This document shows, one piece after another, positions 19,835-27,929 of a DNA stretch of 64,000 nucleotides. How positions within the stretch are numbered: position 1 is the stretch's first letter; each line of letters opens with the position of its first letter. This stretch comes from Escherichia phage vB_EcoS_VAH1. The notes under the pieces are model-generated. The model saw only the letters and a program-made list of their open reading frames with translations, had not been told where the DNA came from and ran no database searches. The position numbers were made by a program, and so were the translations under genes. Where the stretch lies: sequence record MK373792.1; one strand, 5' to 3'.

Positions 19835-19910
19835 GGTAGTTAGTAGTGGATTTGAACCACTGTAGTCGCTCCGTATGAAGGAGGTGCATAACCACTCTGC
19901 CAACTAACTA
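19835..19910 (-). tRNA. tRNA-Met type (anticodon CAT)
   Basis: Acceptor AGTTAGT/ACTAACT, T-arm AGTGG-TTCAAAT-CCACT, loop TTCATAC, encoded CCA. Confidence 0.6.
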
Positions 19911-20005
19911 TTATGTTTTACTAGGCTAAGTAAGTATTCTTTATACTCTTTAGACCAACTAGCTTTTTTAAACTTTCCTGGACGCATAGTCTTAATTCCT
20001 AGATT

Positions 20006-20082
20006 TGGTGCTCCGGGAGGGATTTAAACCCCCGATCTCTCGGTTATCAGCCGAGTGCTTTAGATCGCTAAGCTACCGAAGC
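20006..20082 (-). tRNA. tRNA-Ile (anticodon GAT)
   Basis: Anticodon arm CTCGG-CTGATAA-CCGAG; T-loop TTTAAAT; CCA encoded. Confidence 0.6.
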
Positions 20083-20097
20083 ATTAAAATATTTACA

Positions 20098-20388
20098 TCA
20101 CATACTGTCTAGGTAAGAAGTATAATGGAATTTAGTTTCTCCAGTCTTATCTACTTCTACCTCAGTTCGTGGTACTTGACGAACCACACCATGAATTATC
20201 TTATAACGGATGCCTTTAGCTGGTTCATGATCTTTTGGAAATACTTGTTTAACCGTCACTACTTTATATTCTTCACGCGGTGTTAACACTACTACTTGAT
20301 CACCTTCTTTGATTTTCCAAGAAGATGGAAATTCATAGGTATACCTTTGGCCACCAGTTTGGAATACTACAGAAAGATAACGTTTCAT
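20098..20388 (-). CDS. hypothetical protein
   Basis: 96-aa ORF with promoter cassette at ~20395-20460. Confidence 0.4.
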   Translation of the reverse strand: MKRYLSVVFQTGGQRYTYEFPSSWKIKEGDQVVVLTPREEYKVVTVKQVFPKDHEPAKGIRYKIIHGVVRQVPRTEVEVDKTGETKFHYTSYLDSM

Positions 20389-20418
20389 TTGGTTTCCCTC
20401 TCATTAATTTATATAAAT

Positions 20419-20447
20419 ATTATAACAAGAAATAAGAGAGAATGCAA
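20419..20447 (-). promoter_or_regulatory. T5-type early promoter
   Basis: Minus strand TTGCAT - 17 nt - TATAAT before 20098..20388. Confidence 0.55.
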
Positions 20448-20463
20448 ATGAATTTTTAAATTT

Positions 20464-20537
20464 GGTGCTCCCACCAGGAATCGAACCCGGTTCAGATGCT
20501 TACAAGGCAACTGCATCGCCAGCAATGCTTTAGGAGC
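20464..20537 (-). tRNA. tRNA-Thr (anticodon TGT)
   Basis: Acceptor GCTCCTA/TGGGAGC, T-arm CCGGG-TTCGATT-CCTGG, loop CTTGTAA. Confidence 0.55.
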
Positions 20538-20704
20538 GATAATCCCGTTATTTCAACGGGATTTCTTTTTCAATAACAGGAGACTTATCAGTCATAACTG
20601 TCATAGCCAACTGCTGAAGAAACTCGAAAGTTAGCTTTAAGCGTTCTTCGCCTAATTCAACCTCAACGTATTTCTTTTGTTTGTCAACCCTTAATTTTAG
20701 GTTA

Positions 20705-20926
20705 TCAGCCATCTTCGGATTCTCGTTGCTCGGCTACTGCTAGCCAGTCTGGTAAAAGAAACTTAGTACGAAACTCTTCATACGTTTCTTCTGGATAAAA
20801 GCTAAAACCCCCTTTCTCATCATTCAAGATAACAGAGCCGTCAGTTTGTTCATATGCTCGATAGGTTTCCCCAATAACAATAACTCGTTTATCGGTACTT
20901 TTATTACGAAACTCAAAAACGTGCAT
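20705..20926 (-). CDS. hypothetical protein
   Basis: 73-aa ORF between tRNAs. Confidence 0.35.
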   Translation of the reverse strand: MHVFEFRNKSTDKRVIVIGETYRAYEQTDGSVILNDEKGGFSFYPEETYEEFRTKFLLPDWLAVAEQRESEDG

Positions 20927-20942
20927 AACGTTTCCTTAAAGT

Positions 20943-21018
20943 TGGAGCGGCTAGAGGGAATCGAACCCTACTCAGCGAGGCTTGGAAGGCCTGCGACACA
21001 ACCCGTGTGCTTAACCGC
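20943..21018 (-). tRNA. tRNA-Gly (anticodon TCC), tentative
   Basis: Acceptor GCGGTTA/TAGCCGC, T-loop TTCGATT, loop CTTCCAA. Confidence 0.5.
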
Positions 21019-21026
21019 TTATTGTT

Positions 21027-21104
21027 TGGCAGGGGATATTGGATTTGAACCAATGATCTCGACTTCAAAGGCCGAAGCTTTAGGCCAAGCTAAGCTAATC
21101 CCCA
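21027..21104 (-). tRNA. tRNA-Gln (anticodon TTG), tentative
   Basis: Anticodon arm TCGGC-CTTTGAA-GTCGA; T-loop TTCAAAT; 1-72 mismatch. Confidence 0.5.
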
Positions 21105-21110
21105 ATTGTT

Positions 21111-21186
21111 TGGCAGAAGGTAGTGGATTCGAACCACTGATCAGGATTTCAGAGACCCCAGCCTTAACCGACTTGGCTAACCTTCT
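21111..21186 (-). tRNA. tRNA-Gln (anticodon CTG), tentative
   Basis: Acceptor AGAAGGT/ACCTTCT, T-arm GTGG-TTCGAAT-CCAC, loop CTCTGAA. Confidence 0.45.
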
Positions 21187-21745
21187 TCTTAATACTTTTT
21201 GGATCTTTACCTGTTAAGGATTTATAGCGTTTACGTAGTCCGTTATCGGATAATCCTAACTCTTTTGATGCTTTAACCCATGAATAGTTTATTACCCAAT
21301 ATTCTATTTGCTCTGCTGTAATATCAGGGCTACTCTTTGGTTTACAATCAAAACAAGTTTTAGATGAAGAATTTATTTGTTTATTACAATTAGGGCATTT
21401 ATTACCGCCTATTGTATGCCCTCTTTCAACTGTAGTTTTTATTCTATGATCTTGCTTGGTCATGACTACTAGATTATCTAAGGAAAAATTCAATTTATTC
21501 CTATCTTTGTGATCCACTTCTAGCTCAGACTCTAGCGAAGGTAGATCTTTAAATACTCTAGCTAGTAATCTATGTAATACAATAGAGACATTCTTTCCCT
21601 GCTCATAGAATGTTACAAAAGGATACCCTGCACTACCTAAATGATGCGTAAGTAATTTATTACTCTTGGTAGAGTAAACTTCTCCATATGGAGAGATTAA
21701 GTATTCAGGGTATTCCGGAATTGCTTTGAAATTCTCTAATTTCAC
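21164..21745 (-). CDS. HNH homing endonuclease with C-terminal module shared with 28692..29375
   Basis: HRLLARVF...EVDHKDRNKLNFSLDNL HNH core; C-terminal ~45 aa near-identical to the 28692 ORF. Confidence 0.7.
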   Translation of the reverse strand: MKLENFKAIPEYPEYLISPYGEVYSTKSNKLLTHHLGSAGYPFVTFYEQGKNVSIVLHRLLARVFKDLPSLESELEVDHKDRNKLNFSLDNLVVMTKQDHRIKTTVERGHTIGGNKCPNCNKQINSSSKTCFDCKPKSSPDITAEQIEYWVINYSWVKASKELGLSDNGLRKRYKSLTGKDPKSIKKKVSQVG

Positions 21746-21746
21746 C

Positions 21747-21986
21747 TTAGTCTACAGCGTCTGGTTCTGCTGGCTGAGATACAGCAGGCTGTTCTAGTGT
21801 ATCTGGTGCTGATACAGAGAAAAGAGCTTGTAATGCTGCAATATCACGCTCGTAAGTATCAATACGAGTAGTAAGAGTATCTACCATCTGTTTATGATAG
21901 GCTAAGTTATTCTGAGATTCATCTCGAAGAGTTTGCAGTTCTGCAAGACGTGTTAACATAATTTCACTAATTAAAGCATTACTCAT
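21747..21986 (-). CDS. small coiled-coil protein
   Basis: 79-aa ORF. Confidence 0.35.
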   Translation of the reverse strand: MSNALISEIMLTRLAELQTLRDESQNNLAYHKQMVDTLTTRIDTYERDIAALQALFSVSAPDTLEQPAVSQPAEPDAVD

Positions 21987-22176
21987 TTGTTTCTCCTAAA
22001 TTTTCCGGTTCTTCTAAACGTTTGCCTTCATGATCTACTCGAATAACTCCGCATCCTTCGCAAATCACAACTGCACCATAACCTTCTTTGACTTCGGCTT
22101 CTGTAATCAAACCAGAAAGATCACCAGTATCTTTACCCCACATATCAATGGAGCATTGTTTGCAGAAATCAGCCAT
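21979..22176 (-). CDS. small zinc-ribbon-like protein
   Basis: CKQC...CEGC pairs. Confidence 0.35.
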   Translation of the reverse strand: MADFCKQCSIDMWGKDTGDLSGLITEAEVKEGYGAVVICEGCGVIRVDHEGKRLEEPENLGETNE

Positions 22177-22201
22177 ATTTTATTTCCTATTTAAGTTAAT
22201 T

Positions 22202-22278
22202 TGGGGTGGCTAGTGGAATTCGAATCCACATAGGCCTGATTCACAATCAGGATCATTAACCAATTATGATATAGCCAC
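22202..22278 (-). tRNA. tRNA-His (anticodon GTG)
   Basis: Acceptor GTGGCTA/TAGCCAC, T-arm GTGGA-TTCGAAT-TCCAC, arm CCTGA-TTGTGAA-TCAGG. Confidence 0.6.
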
Positions 22279-22515
22279 AATTGAAAACTCGCAGGGTTAG
22301 CGAAACCATCCTCAATTAGCATGTTCTATAATACTAATCAAGTTATCTCCTATTGCACGCAGCTCAAGACGAGTACGAATTTTCAATTGTGGCGGCTCTC
22401 AGAAACTCTTCTATTCTAGCCTCAGAAGCTTACCCCCGAACGCATGTCGGGAAAGTCTTTCCAAGCGCATCAAATAGCACCGTTACACTTTGAGCCATTG
22501 ATGTATCAAGGAATA

Positions 22516-22638
22516 GAAGGACTTGAACCTTCATGAGTTAGACCATATAACTCAACCGCTTTTAAGGTATATTTCTAGGAGTGAATGTTCCTAGTAAACC
22601 TATTCGGCAGTCCCGTCTACCAATTCCGGCATACTCCA
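22516..22638 (-). other. tRNA-Leu-like D-arm (GGAATTGGTAGAC) and T-arm (GAAGG-TTCAAGT-CCTTC) about 45 nt too far apart; disrupted or insert-containing tRNA
   Basis: Both motifs match E. coli tRNA-Leu but no acceptor pairing or normal anticodon arm could be built. Confidence 0.3.
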
Positions 22639-22645
22639 AGAATTT

Positions 22646-22819
22646 TTATAAACCAGCAGAAGCCTCATTTAAAGCATCAACAATAGCCTCACGCTGGGTC
22701 ATTCCATACCCGGTGGAGTCTAGGTGAGGCAAATAGGCTGCCCATCCATTATCTGTTTCATGAAGACATGCTTTAAATTTTTTACCATCCTTCATTGTTA
22801 CAGTAACTGTTTTGCTCAT
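22646..22819 (-). CDS. small protein (57 aa), possibly HicB/UPF0150-like; not in ORF track
   Basis: ATG with AAGGAAG RBS; MSKTVTVTMKDGKKFKACLHETDNGWAAYLPHLDSTGYGMTQREAIVDALNEASAGL. Confidence 0.35.
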   Translation of the reverse strand: MSKTVTVTMKDGKKFKACLHETDNGWAAYLPHLDSTGYGMTQREAIVDALNEASAGL

Positions 22820-22839
22820 AAGACTTCCTTATAGTTAAT

Positions 22840-22929
22840 TGGCAGAAGATAATGGAGTCGAACCATCACCGTATCACTACAGCGGGCTGGTTTTCAAGAC
22901 CAGTTACGTACCACTACGTCCTATCTTCT
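22840..22929 (-). tRNA. tRNA-Ser (anticodon TGA), type II
   Basis: Acceptor AGAAGAT/ATCTTCT, arm CTGGT-CTTGAAA-ACCAG, long variable arm, T-loop TTCGACT. Confidence 0.6.
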
Positions 22930-22942
22930 AGTATTTATTATA

Positions 22943-23290
22943 CTAATAGTCACTCGTACTAGTGAAATCTTCTACTTTTCCACAAATTTTACAAGTCCTA
23001 CGATGATAGTAGGTAATTTTTACTTTAGACCAGCCATCGTGATCATTACCTAGGTTTTCTGTTGCTCCCCAAGTATGGGAACACTCATTTTCAATTTGCT
23101 TAGTAAGAGCGTTATAGCGAGTATAAAACTCCTCCTGGGCAATAGCAAACTCTTTCTGTAGTTTATCACGAGCAATAATAGCACGTTCCAGATATGTTAA
23201 ATCGGGCATTCCAGCTTTTTCAGCAGCATCTATAATCTTATCTTCATCTAAAGATGCTAAAAACTCTAGAGCTTTATCTTTTGCTAACAT
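22943..23290 (-). CDS. hypothetical protein with C-terminal Cys pairs
   Basis: 115-aa ORF. Confidence 0.4.
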   Translation of the reverse strand: MLAKDKALEFLASLDEDKIIDAAEKAGMPDLTYLERAIIARDKLQKEFAIAQEEFYTRYNALTKQIENECSHTWGATENLGNDHDGWSKVKITYYHRRTCKICGKVEDFTSTSDY

Positions 23291-23310
23291 TATTATTACC
23301 TCAAGTGTTT

Positions 23311-23400
23311 GGCGGAAGAGGAGAGATTTGAACTCTCAAGCCGTTTTACCAGTCAGCCACTTTCCAAGCGGTTTTCGTCGCCAATTCGATTTGCTCTTCC
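23311..23400 (-). tRNA. tRNA-Ser (anticodon GGA), type II, tentative
   Basis: Acceptor GGAAGAG/CTCTTCC, T-loop TTCAAAT, loop TTGGAAA. Confidence 0.45.
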
Positions 23401-23434
23401 AATAATAAGATGATGCCTCTATCACACCAGGCAG

Positions 23435-23512
23435 TTACGCCTCACTGGGATTCGAACCCATTAAAACAGCTCAACCGAGATAGTAGGTTTAATTTACTCT
23501 GACCATCAAATT
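23435..23512 (-). tRNA. tRNA-like element, identity unresolved
   Basis: Canonical T-arm GGG-TTCGAAT-CCC at ~23446-23462, but acceptor pairing and CCA not found. Confidence 0.3.
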
Positions 23513-23589
23513 TGGTGCGTGACAAGGGATTCGAACCCTCAAAACCCGACTTCTAAGGACGGTATGTATGCCAATTCCATCAATCACGC
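23513..23589 (-). tRNA. tRNA, anticodon loop CTTAGAA (TAG) in a type-I frame; identity uncertain
   Basis: Acceptor GCGTGAT/GTCACGC, T-arm GAGGG-TTCGAAT-CCCTT, CCA encoded. Confidence 0.45.
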
Positions 23590-23594
23590 GTATT

Positions 23595-23668
23595 TGGTGG
23601 AGAAAGAGGGAGTTGAACCTTCGTCTTCTGCGTGCAAAGCAGATGTTCTACCATTAAACTATATCTCC
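23595..23668 (-). tRNA. tRNA-Ala (anticodon TGC)
   Basis: Arm TCTGC-TTTGCAC-GCAGA perfect; T-loop TTCAACT. Confidence 0.6.
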
Positions 23669-23960
23669 AAATTCTTTAGTTTACTAAGGCTATTAGCTCG
23701 GCGTAACTATAGCACCTTCGCTTCGAGCGGAAGGAACTACGTCATCTCGCAAACCCAATACACTATTCAGTTGCCGCTGAATCTAGTGGACTAATCTAGA
23801 ACCTCTCCTAAATAGTAGGGATCGTGCTTTTTGGCAGCCAGTCCTAGGTCGAGCTAATACCTTAGTGAACTATGATGAGGATTTCTCCTCATCAATTTAT
23901 ATAAATATTATAACAAGAAATTAAGCATTAAGCAACTGCGTTTTTGAAATTTCTTGGACT

Positions 23961-24034
23961 TGGTACTCGGTGATAGAATCTAACTATCGCAACCGCCGTG
24001 TAAAGACTGGGTTCTCCCATTAAACTAACCGAGC
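23961..24034 (-). tRNA. tRNA-like element with non-canonical T-loop (TTAGATT); possible pseudo-tRNA
   Basis: Good acceptor GCTCGGT/ACCGAGT and T-stem GATAG/CTATC, poor anticodon stem. Confidence 0.3.
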
Positions 24035-24041
24035 AAAAATT

Positions 24042-24119
24042 TGGTGGATTGCCTGGGATTCGAACCCAGAACTGACGGATTAAAGGTCCGCTACTCTTAT
24101 CCAGTTGAGCTAGCAATCC
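24042..24119 (-). tRNA. tRNA-Lys (anticodon TTT), tentative
   Basis: Perfect acceptor GGATTGC/GCAATCC, T-arm CTGGG-TTCGAAT-CCCAG, loop CCTTTAA. Confidence 0.5.
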
Positions 24120-24583
24120 AAATTCTCTACTAATAGTTTGAAAGCGTCTAACAGAGGTACTTCAAACCATTCTCCTGATACTTTGTAGTCTTTCAGAAGA
24201 TTATGTAATGCTTTTTCAGTTCTTCTCTTGTCCGAGGAGAATCTAAAATGGTATAACTTGTAATCACGATAGGGCGAATATGTTTGATAACTAGACAGTC
24301 TTTCATTTACGTCTACTGTCATACCTATCTTATAGAGTCCAGGCCATGCTGGGTTACCTATTACATATACAAACCCTTCTGTTATAGGGATTTTATGCTC
24401 CCTTTTATACTTCAGCAGGTTTAACGCTGCCATTCTATAACAGAACTTAAACTCTGAGGATTTTAGTTTACCTTCTTTACCAGATATTTCGTTATACTTC
24501 TCCATATACCTACGTATTAAGGAGTCAGTAATAGTAAAGTGCTTTGGAAGATCCAGGGCTTGAAGTACACTGTTAATAAGCAT
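24110..24583 (-). CDS. GIY-YIG-like (T5orf172/MUG113-type) domain protein
   Basis: GFVYVIGNPAWPGLYKIGMT...ERLSSYQTYSP...EWF; paralog of 26337..26855. Confidence 0.55.
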   Translation of the reverse strand: MLINSVLQALDLPKHFTITDSLIRRYMEKYNEISGKEGKLKSSEFKFCYRMAALNLLKYKREHKIPITEGFVYVIGNPAWPGLYKIGMTVDVNERLSSYQTYSPYRDYKLYHFRFSSDKRRTEKALHNLLKDYKVSGEWFEVPLLDAFKLLVENLDC

Positions 24584-24757
24584 AAACTTCCTTAATAGAA
24601 TGGACTTTTAAGTAAGAATGATTAATCCCAAACTCCGCCATTACTTCTTTTTCATCTTTTCCATAATGAGCAATTGATGATTTTGGGGTATTCTTACCTA
24701 AACGTTTGTCACTTACTACTAATCGAAATACTTTCATTTCGAAATCCTCTATTAAAA

Positions 24758-24835
24758 TGGAAGCGGGTGCAGGAATCGAACCTACCTCTTTCTAGCTTAT
24801 GAGACTAGCGATCTCTACCAGAGATCTAACCCGCA
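24758..24835 (-). tRNA. tRNA-Met type (anticodon CAT), 1-72 mismatch
   Basis: Arm CTAGT-CTCATAA-GCTAG, T-loop TTCGATT, CCA encoded. Confidence 0.55.
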
Positions 24836-24841
24836 ATTGTT

Positions 24842-24919
24842 TGGTCTCCGTGGGAGGATTTGAACCCCCGACCCTATCGCCCCAAACGAAACGCTCTGGC
24901 CAAACTGAGCTACACGGAG
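24842..24919 (-). tRNA. tRNA-Pro (anticodon TGG)
   Basis: Perfect acceptor CTCCGTG/CACGGAG, T-arm GGGGG-TTCAAAT-CCTCC, loop TTTGGGG. Confidence 0.55.
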
Positions 24920-25285
24920 AATATTATTTCTTCAACCACAACAAAGATAAGCCCAGCATACTAAAGCCGCTAACTAATCCGATACATTTTTCTTCTATAG
25001 TAAAAGTATCTAGATTAAATGCTGTTATAGCTACGGGCATACACCATAATGCCATAAAAACTTGAGCTATCTTATGTTTCATTTTGCTTTCCTTCTCTTC
25101 ACTTTATAAAATATATTATACAGATAATAAAGCAGAATAGCAAATGAATTTTTAATAAATTTACTTATTGTGTAGGCCACCTGGAGGCTACCAACCCCAC
25201 GGCTGACAAAGACGTTTGCGAGACCTCTCTTAAATGCCAGAATAAACCCGCCGATCTATCGGAACCTACATAATAAGTAAACTTT

Positions 25286-25415
25286 ATAGTGTCATTCTAG
25301 ACAGGACTCGAACCTGCTATCACTTGTGCGGACTTACGAGAACCATTCTTTCACTCGAATCGAACGAGCTTCTGCCCTCGCCAAGCTGGTTTCCCCATCA
25401 ACCACGCTAGAATGT
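25286..25415 (-). other. ~125-nt tRNA-like element with two T-loop-like motifs
   Basis: Terminal 7-bp pairing ATTCTAG/CTAGAAT; T-arm AGCAGG-TTCGAGT-CCTGT; second TTCGATT motif; D-like stem TGGT/ACCA. Confidence 0.3.
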
Positions 25416-25535
25416 TTGATTGTTTTCAGTGCAAGAGTCCGAGTCTTGGACACGACCGCTTCGCAAGTACATAGGCAGCTTATCATGAGTCAGCACTTCC
25501 GAATTGCTAGCTCCGTGTTCTGCACTGAAATTTTA

Positions 25536-25883
25536 TTAGTTTAACCGTAAAGTACTATCTACTTCACCATTAATTGTTCGGCATTCCTCTGGAATTGCTG
25601 GTGTGGCCTTGTATTCCCACCACTCAGCACCATCATATTCCCCACGTTCTAGCCAAGTTCCATCGGCAAACCATACATTACCATAAAGTAATTGTCCACC
25701 ATATCCAGAGTCATATTTAAAGTCTAGGTTATTAAGAAAATCCTCAATATCTTCTTCTGTGTAACCTAAAGGCAATACCCAAACTTTTTTATCTCCATAA
25801 TACCCGAATTCTATTTTAATACATTTAACTTCAGAATTAGTATTTTTTAAGGCAAGTAACAGCTCTTCTTTGGCATTACGCAT
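25536..25883 (-). CDS. hypothetical protein
   Basis: 115-aa ORF. Confidence 0.4.
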   Translation of the reverse strand: MRNAKEELLLALKNTNSEVKCIKIEFGYYGDKKVWVLPLGYTEEDIEDFLNNLDFKYDSGYGGQLLYGNVWFADGTWLERGEYDGAEWWEYKATPAIPEECRTINGEVDSTLRLN

Positions 25884-25908
25884 AGTATATTCTCATACTA
25901 AATTAATT

Positions 25909-25985
25909 TGGCGCGACCGATGGGATTTGAACCCACATTCCCTCCCGTGACAGGGGAGTACCATTACCAAGCCAGCCCCGGTCGC
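25909..25985 (-). tRNA. tRNA-Asp (anticodon GTC)
   Basis: Perfect acceptor GCGACCG/CGGTCGC, arm CTCCC-CTGTCAC-GGGAG, T-loop TTCAAAT. Confidence 0.65.
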
Positions 25986-25994
25986 ATAATTCAT

Positions 25995-26180
25995 TTACTC
26001 AGCTTTGAGTTTTTCAATAGCTGCATTAAGTTCTTTAAGAAACTCTTTTCGTACATTAAGACGATTGAGACTTACTAGTATATCGTGTTTAAGTTCTTCG
26101 ATGTATTTCTTTTCAACTTCAATATTGTTGATAGTGCTATCACGATGAACTTCTAGCTGCGCAATTACATTCTTGGACAT
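25995..26180 (-). CDS. small coiled-coil protein
   Basis: 61-aa ORF. Confidence 0.3.
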   Translation of the reverse strand: MSKNVIAQLEVHRDSTINNIEVEKKYIEELKHDILVSLNRLNVRKEFLKELNAAIEKLKAE

Positions 26181-26282
26181 GCTTGTTTCCTCAGTTATTA
26201 ATGAAAATGGTATCTGTGGCTGAATTCGATGTCAGCAATGATAGCTGGTTGGCTACCGGTTTACTTAACTCTACACAGAATT

Positions 26283-26360
26283 TGGCGGTTCCTGCTGGAT
26301 TTGAACCAGCAACCCTCAACTTAACAAGATGCCGCTCTAACCAATTAGAGCTAAGGAACC
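26283..26360 (-). tRNA. tRNA-Asn (anticodon GTT), tentative
   Basis: Perfect acceptor GGTTCCT/AGGAACC, D-arm GCTC...GAGC, loop TTGTTAA, weak anticodon stem. Confidence 0.5.
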
Positions 26361-26855
26361 ATATAAGTCAGAACTAGAGTTAATACGTTCTAGATATTTA
26401 CTAAGATCTCTAGAATTTATACTAAACCACTCATGCTCTTTTAAATCTTTGAAATACTGGTGAATTAGTTTTTCACCTTTTCGTTTGTCAAACCAAAAAG
26501 ACCAGTGCTCTAACTTATAATCCCTATAAGGGGAATAAGTCTGATATTGAGCTAATCTCTCTTTTGGATTTTGACTCATACCTATTTTATACTGATTTTT
26601 CCATGCAGGATTACTAATACAGTATACAAAACCTTCAGAAATAGGAAGTTTATTTTCCTGCTTAAACTTTATAAAGGAAAGTGCAGCAAGTTTTCTCGAA
26701 TACATAGTATTTGTATTCTTTTTGGTATTACCATTGGTTCCTGAAAGACTTATATATTCTTCCATAAATCTTTGGATTAGTTCTGCGGTTATATAGAAGG
26801 GCTCATTAGTAACAACGCCTTTCTTTACCAAACTATCAAAAACTTTTGTATGCAC
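26337..26855 (-). CDS. GIY-YIG-like (T5orf172/MUG113-type) domain protein
   Basis: GFVYCISNPAWKNQYKIGMS...ERLAQYQTYSP...EWF. Confidence 0.55.
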   Translation of the reverse strand: MHTKVFDSLVKKGVVTNEPFYITAELIQRFMEEYISLSGTNGNTKKNTNTMYSRKLAALSFIKFKQENKLPISEGFVYCISNPAWKNQYKIGMSQNPKERLAQYQTYSPYRDYKLEHWSFWFDKRKGEKLIHQYFKDLKEHEWFSINSRDLSKYLERINSSSDLYGSLALIG

Positions 26856-26876
26856 TACTTCTTTCCTTTAGTAATT

Positions 26877-26952
26877 TGGACGACCGCATGAGATTTGAAC
26901 TCACATAAAAAGGATTTGCAATCCTTCGCCTAAGCCATTCAGCCAACGGTCG
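26877..26952 (-). tRNA. tRNA-Cys (anticodon GCA)
   Basis: Arm AAGGA-TTGCAAA-TCCTT perfect; T-loop TTCAAAT; CCA encoded. Confidence 0.65.
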
Positions 26953-27130
26953 ATTTATCTTGTTTTTCGAGATCTTCAAATTCTAAATCATTGAAGTTCC
27001 CTAGAGTACGGGAGTAGAGCCCGTCTCCTGCGTCATAGCCTGATTTGCCACAATCACACATTTTAAGTTCACGAAGATGTGTAAAAACATGTTCAGAACC
27101 ACAACACTTAAATCTAACTAATCGTTTCAT
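26939..27130 (-). CDS. small Cys-rich protein
   Basis: FKCCGSEH...CDCGKSG. Confidence 0.3.
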   Translation of the reverse strand: MKRLVRFKCCGSEHVFTHLRELKMCDCGKSGYDAGDGLYSRTLGNFNDLEFEDLEKQDKSTVG

Positions 27131-27179
27131 TAGCTTCTCCAGTTCAATTTATGTAATTATTATATAGAACTTTTGGAAA

Positions 27180-27467
27180 CTAAGCAACTACATTTTTTAA
27201 GAATTTGATGCCTTTCTTTTTCTTCTTATATTTCCATGTTAATGGATTCTGTCGGTTATGAACGCTTGAGATCCTTGTCTCGTCAAAGTTCTTCAATATC
27301 ATGTAATCACAGGATAATTGTTCTAGTGGAATGTGATCACCGTCAAAAGCGTATACATAAGGCTGTTGACTAGCACGATAATGATAGACTTTGTTAATTC
27401 TACGTTTCAGCGACTTATCCGTGCAGTAAATAAAGAAGTTTTCAGGATGCATCAGCATCTCCTTCAA
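27180..27467 (-). CDS. hypothetical protein
   Basis: 95-aa ORF. Confidence 0.35.
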   Translation of the reverse strand: MKEMLMHPENFFIYCTDKSLKRRINKVYHYRASQQPYVYAFDGDHIPLEQLSCDYMILKNFDETRISSVHNRQNPLTWKYKKKKKGIKFLKNVVA

Positions 27468-27469
27468 TT

Positions 27470-27544
27470 TGGTGCACCCTGTTCGAATTGAACGAACCTC
27501 TCAAGCTCTTCAGGCAAGCGCTAATCCATCTCAGCTAAAGGTGC
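27470..27544 (-). tRNA. tRNA-Phe (anticodon GAA), tentative
   Basis: Acceptor GCACCTT/AGGGTGC, T-arm GTTCG-TTCAATT-CGAAC, loop CTGAAGA. Confidence 0.45.
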
Positions 27545-27550
27545 AAATTT

Positions 27551-27621
27551 TGGCAGGGGTAAAGGTATTCGAAACCTTTTCATGGGTTTTGGAGGCCCAT
27601 TTGCAACCTATGCGTACCCCA
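27551..27621 (-). tRNA. short tRNA-like element (~71 nt), identity unresolved
   Basis: T-arm AAGGT-TTCGAAT-ACCTT and CCA present; D and anticodon arms atypical. Confidence 0.3.
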
Positions 27622-27630
27622 ATTGTTAGT

Positions 27631-27704
27631 TGGCACACCCACGGAGAATTGAACTCCGATTCTCAGATTGAAATCCTGATGTCCTAGCCATTAGACGATA
27701 GGTG
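27631..27704 (-). tRNA. tRNA-Glu (anticodon TTC)
   Basis: Arm TCAGG-ATTTCAA-TCTGA, T-arm CGGAG-TTCAATT-CTCCG. Confidence 0.55.
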
Positions 27705-27713
27705 CATTAAATT

Positions 27714-27801
27714 TGGTGGGCGTTAATGGAGTCGAACCACTCGAGTCGCAATGACCAGGGATTTACAATCCCCTCCGCTACCACTTACGGAATAAACGCC
27801 C
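27714..27801 (-). tRNA. tRNA-Tyr (anticodon GTA), type II
   Basis: Perfect acceptor GGGCGTT/AACGCCC, arm GGGGA-TTGTAAA-TCCCT, long variable arm, T-loop TTCGACT. Confidence 0.6.
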
Positions 27802-27929
27802 ATATTTAGAAGCATTCAAATACTTGTTTAAACACTTTTAAATATGTTTCCAAATTAGATAACTATTATACCAGGTTTTAATGCACTGAGCAAGTCAAAT
27901 TTTGAAGAACTTGCTCAGTGCTGTATTAG

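Noticed and set aside
19452-19895. Track start of the GrcA-like ORF at 19895
   Set aside because: It would overlap the tRNA at 19835..19910; an ATG with AGGAG RBS at ~19821 gives a protein of GrcA length.
20540-20580. CCCGTTATTTCAACGGG hairpin as a terminator
   Set aside because: The T-run follows it only on the plus strand, where no gene is being transcribed; kept out of the feature list as ambiguous.
26204-26278. Possible extra tRNA between 26181 and 26283
   Set aside because: Acceptor-like pairing exists, but the T-loop would be 8 nt (CATCGAAT) and D and anticodon arms cannot be built; too weak to call.
20846-27687. Plus-strand ORFs in the tRNA cluster (20846..21217, 23519..23794, 24799..25065, 25326..25544, 26183..26377, 27469..27687)
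   Set aside because: Their translations contain GFEP/GIEP/RDSNP strings, which are T-arm sequences of minus-strand tRNAs read in reverse; they are artefacts of translating tRNA genes.
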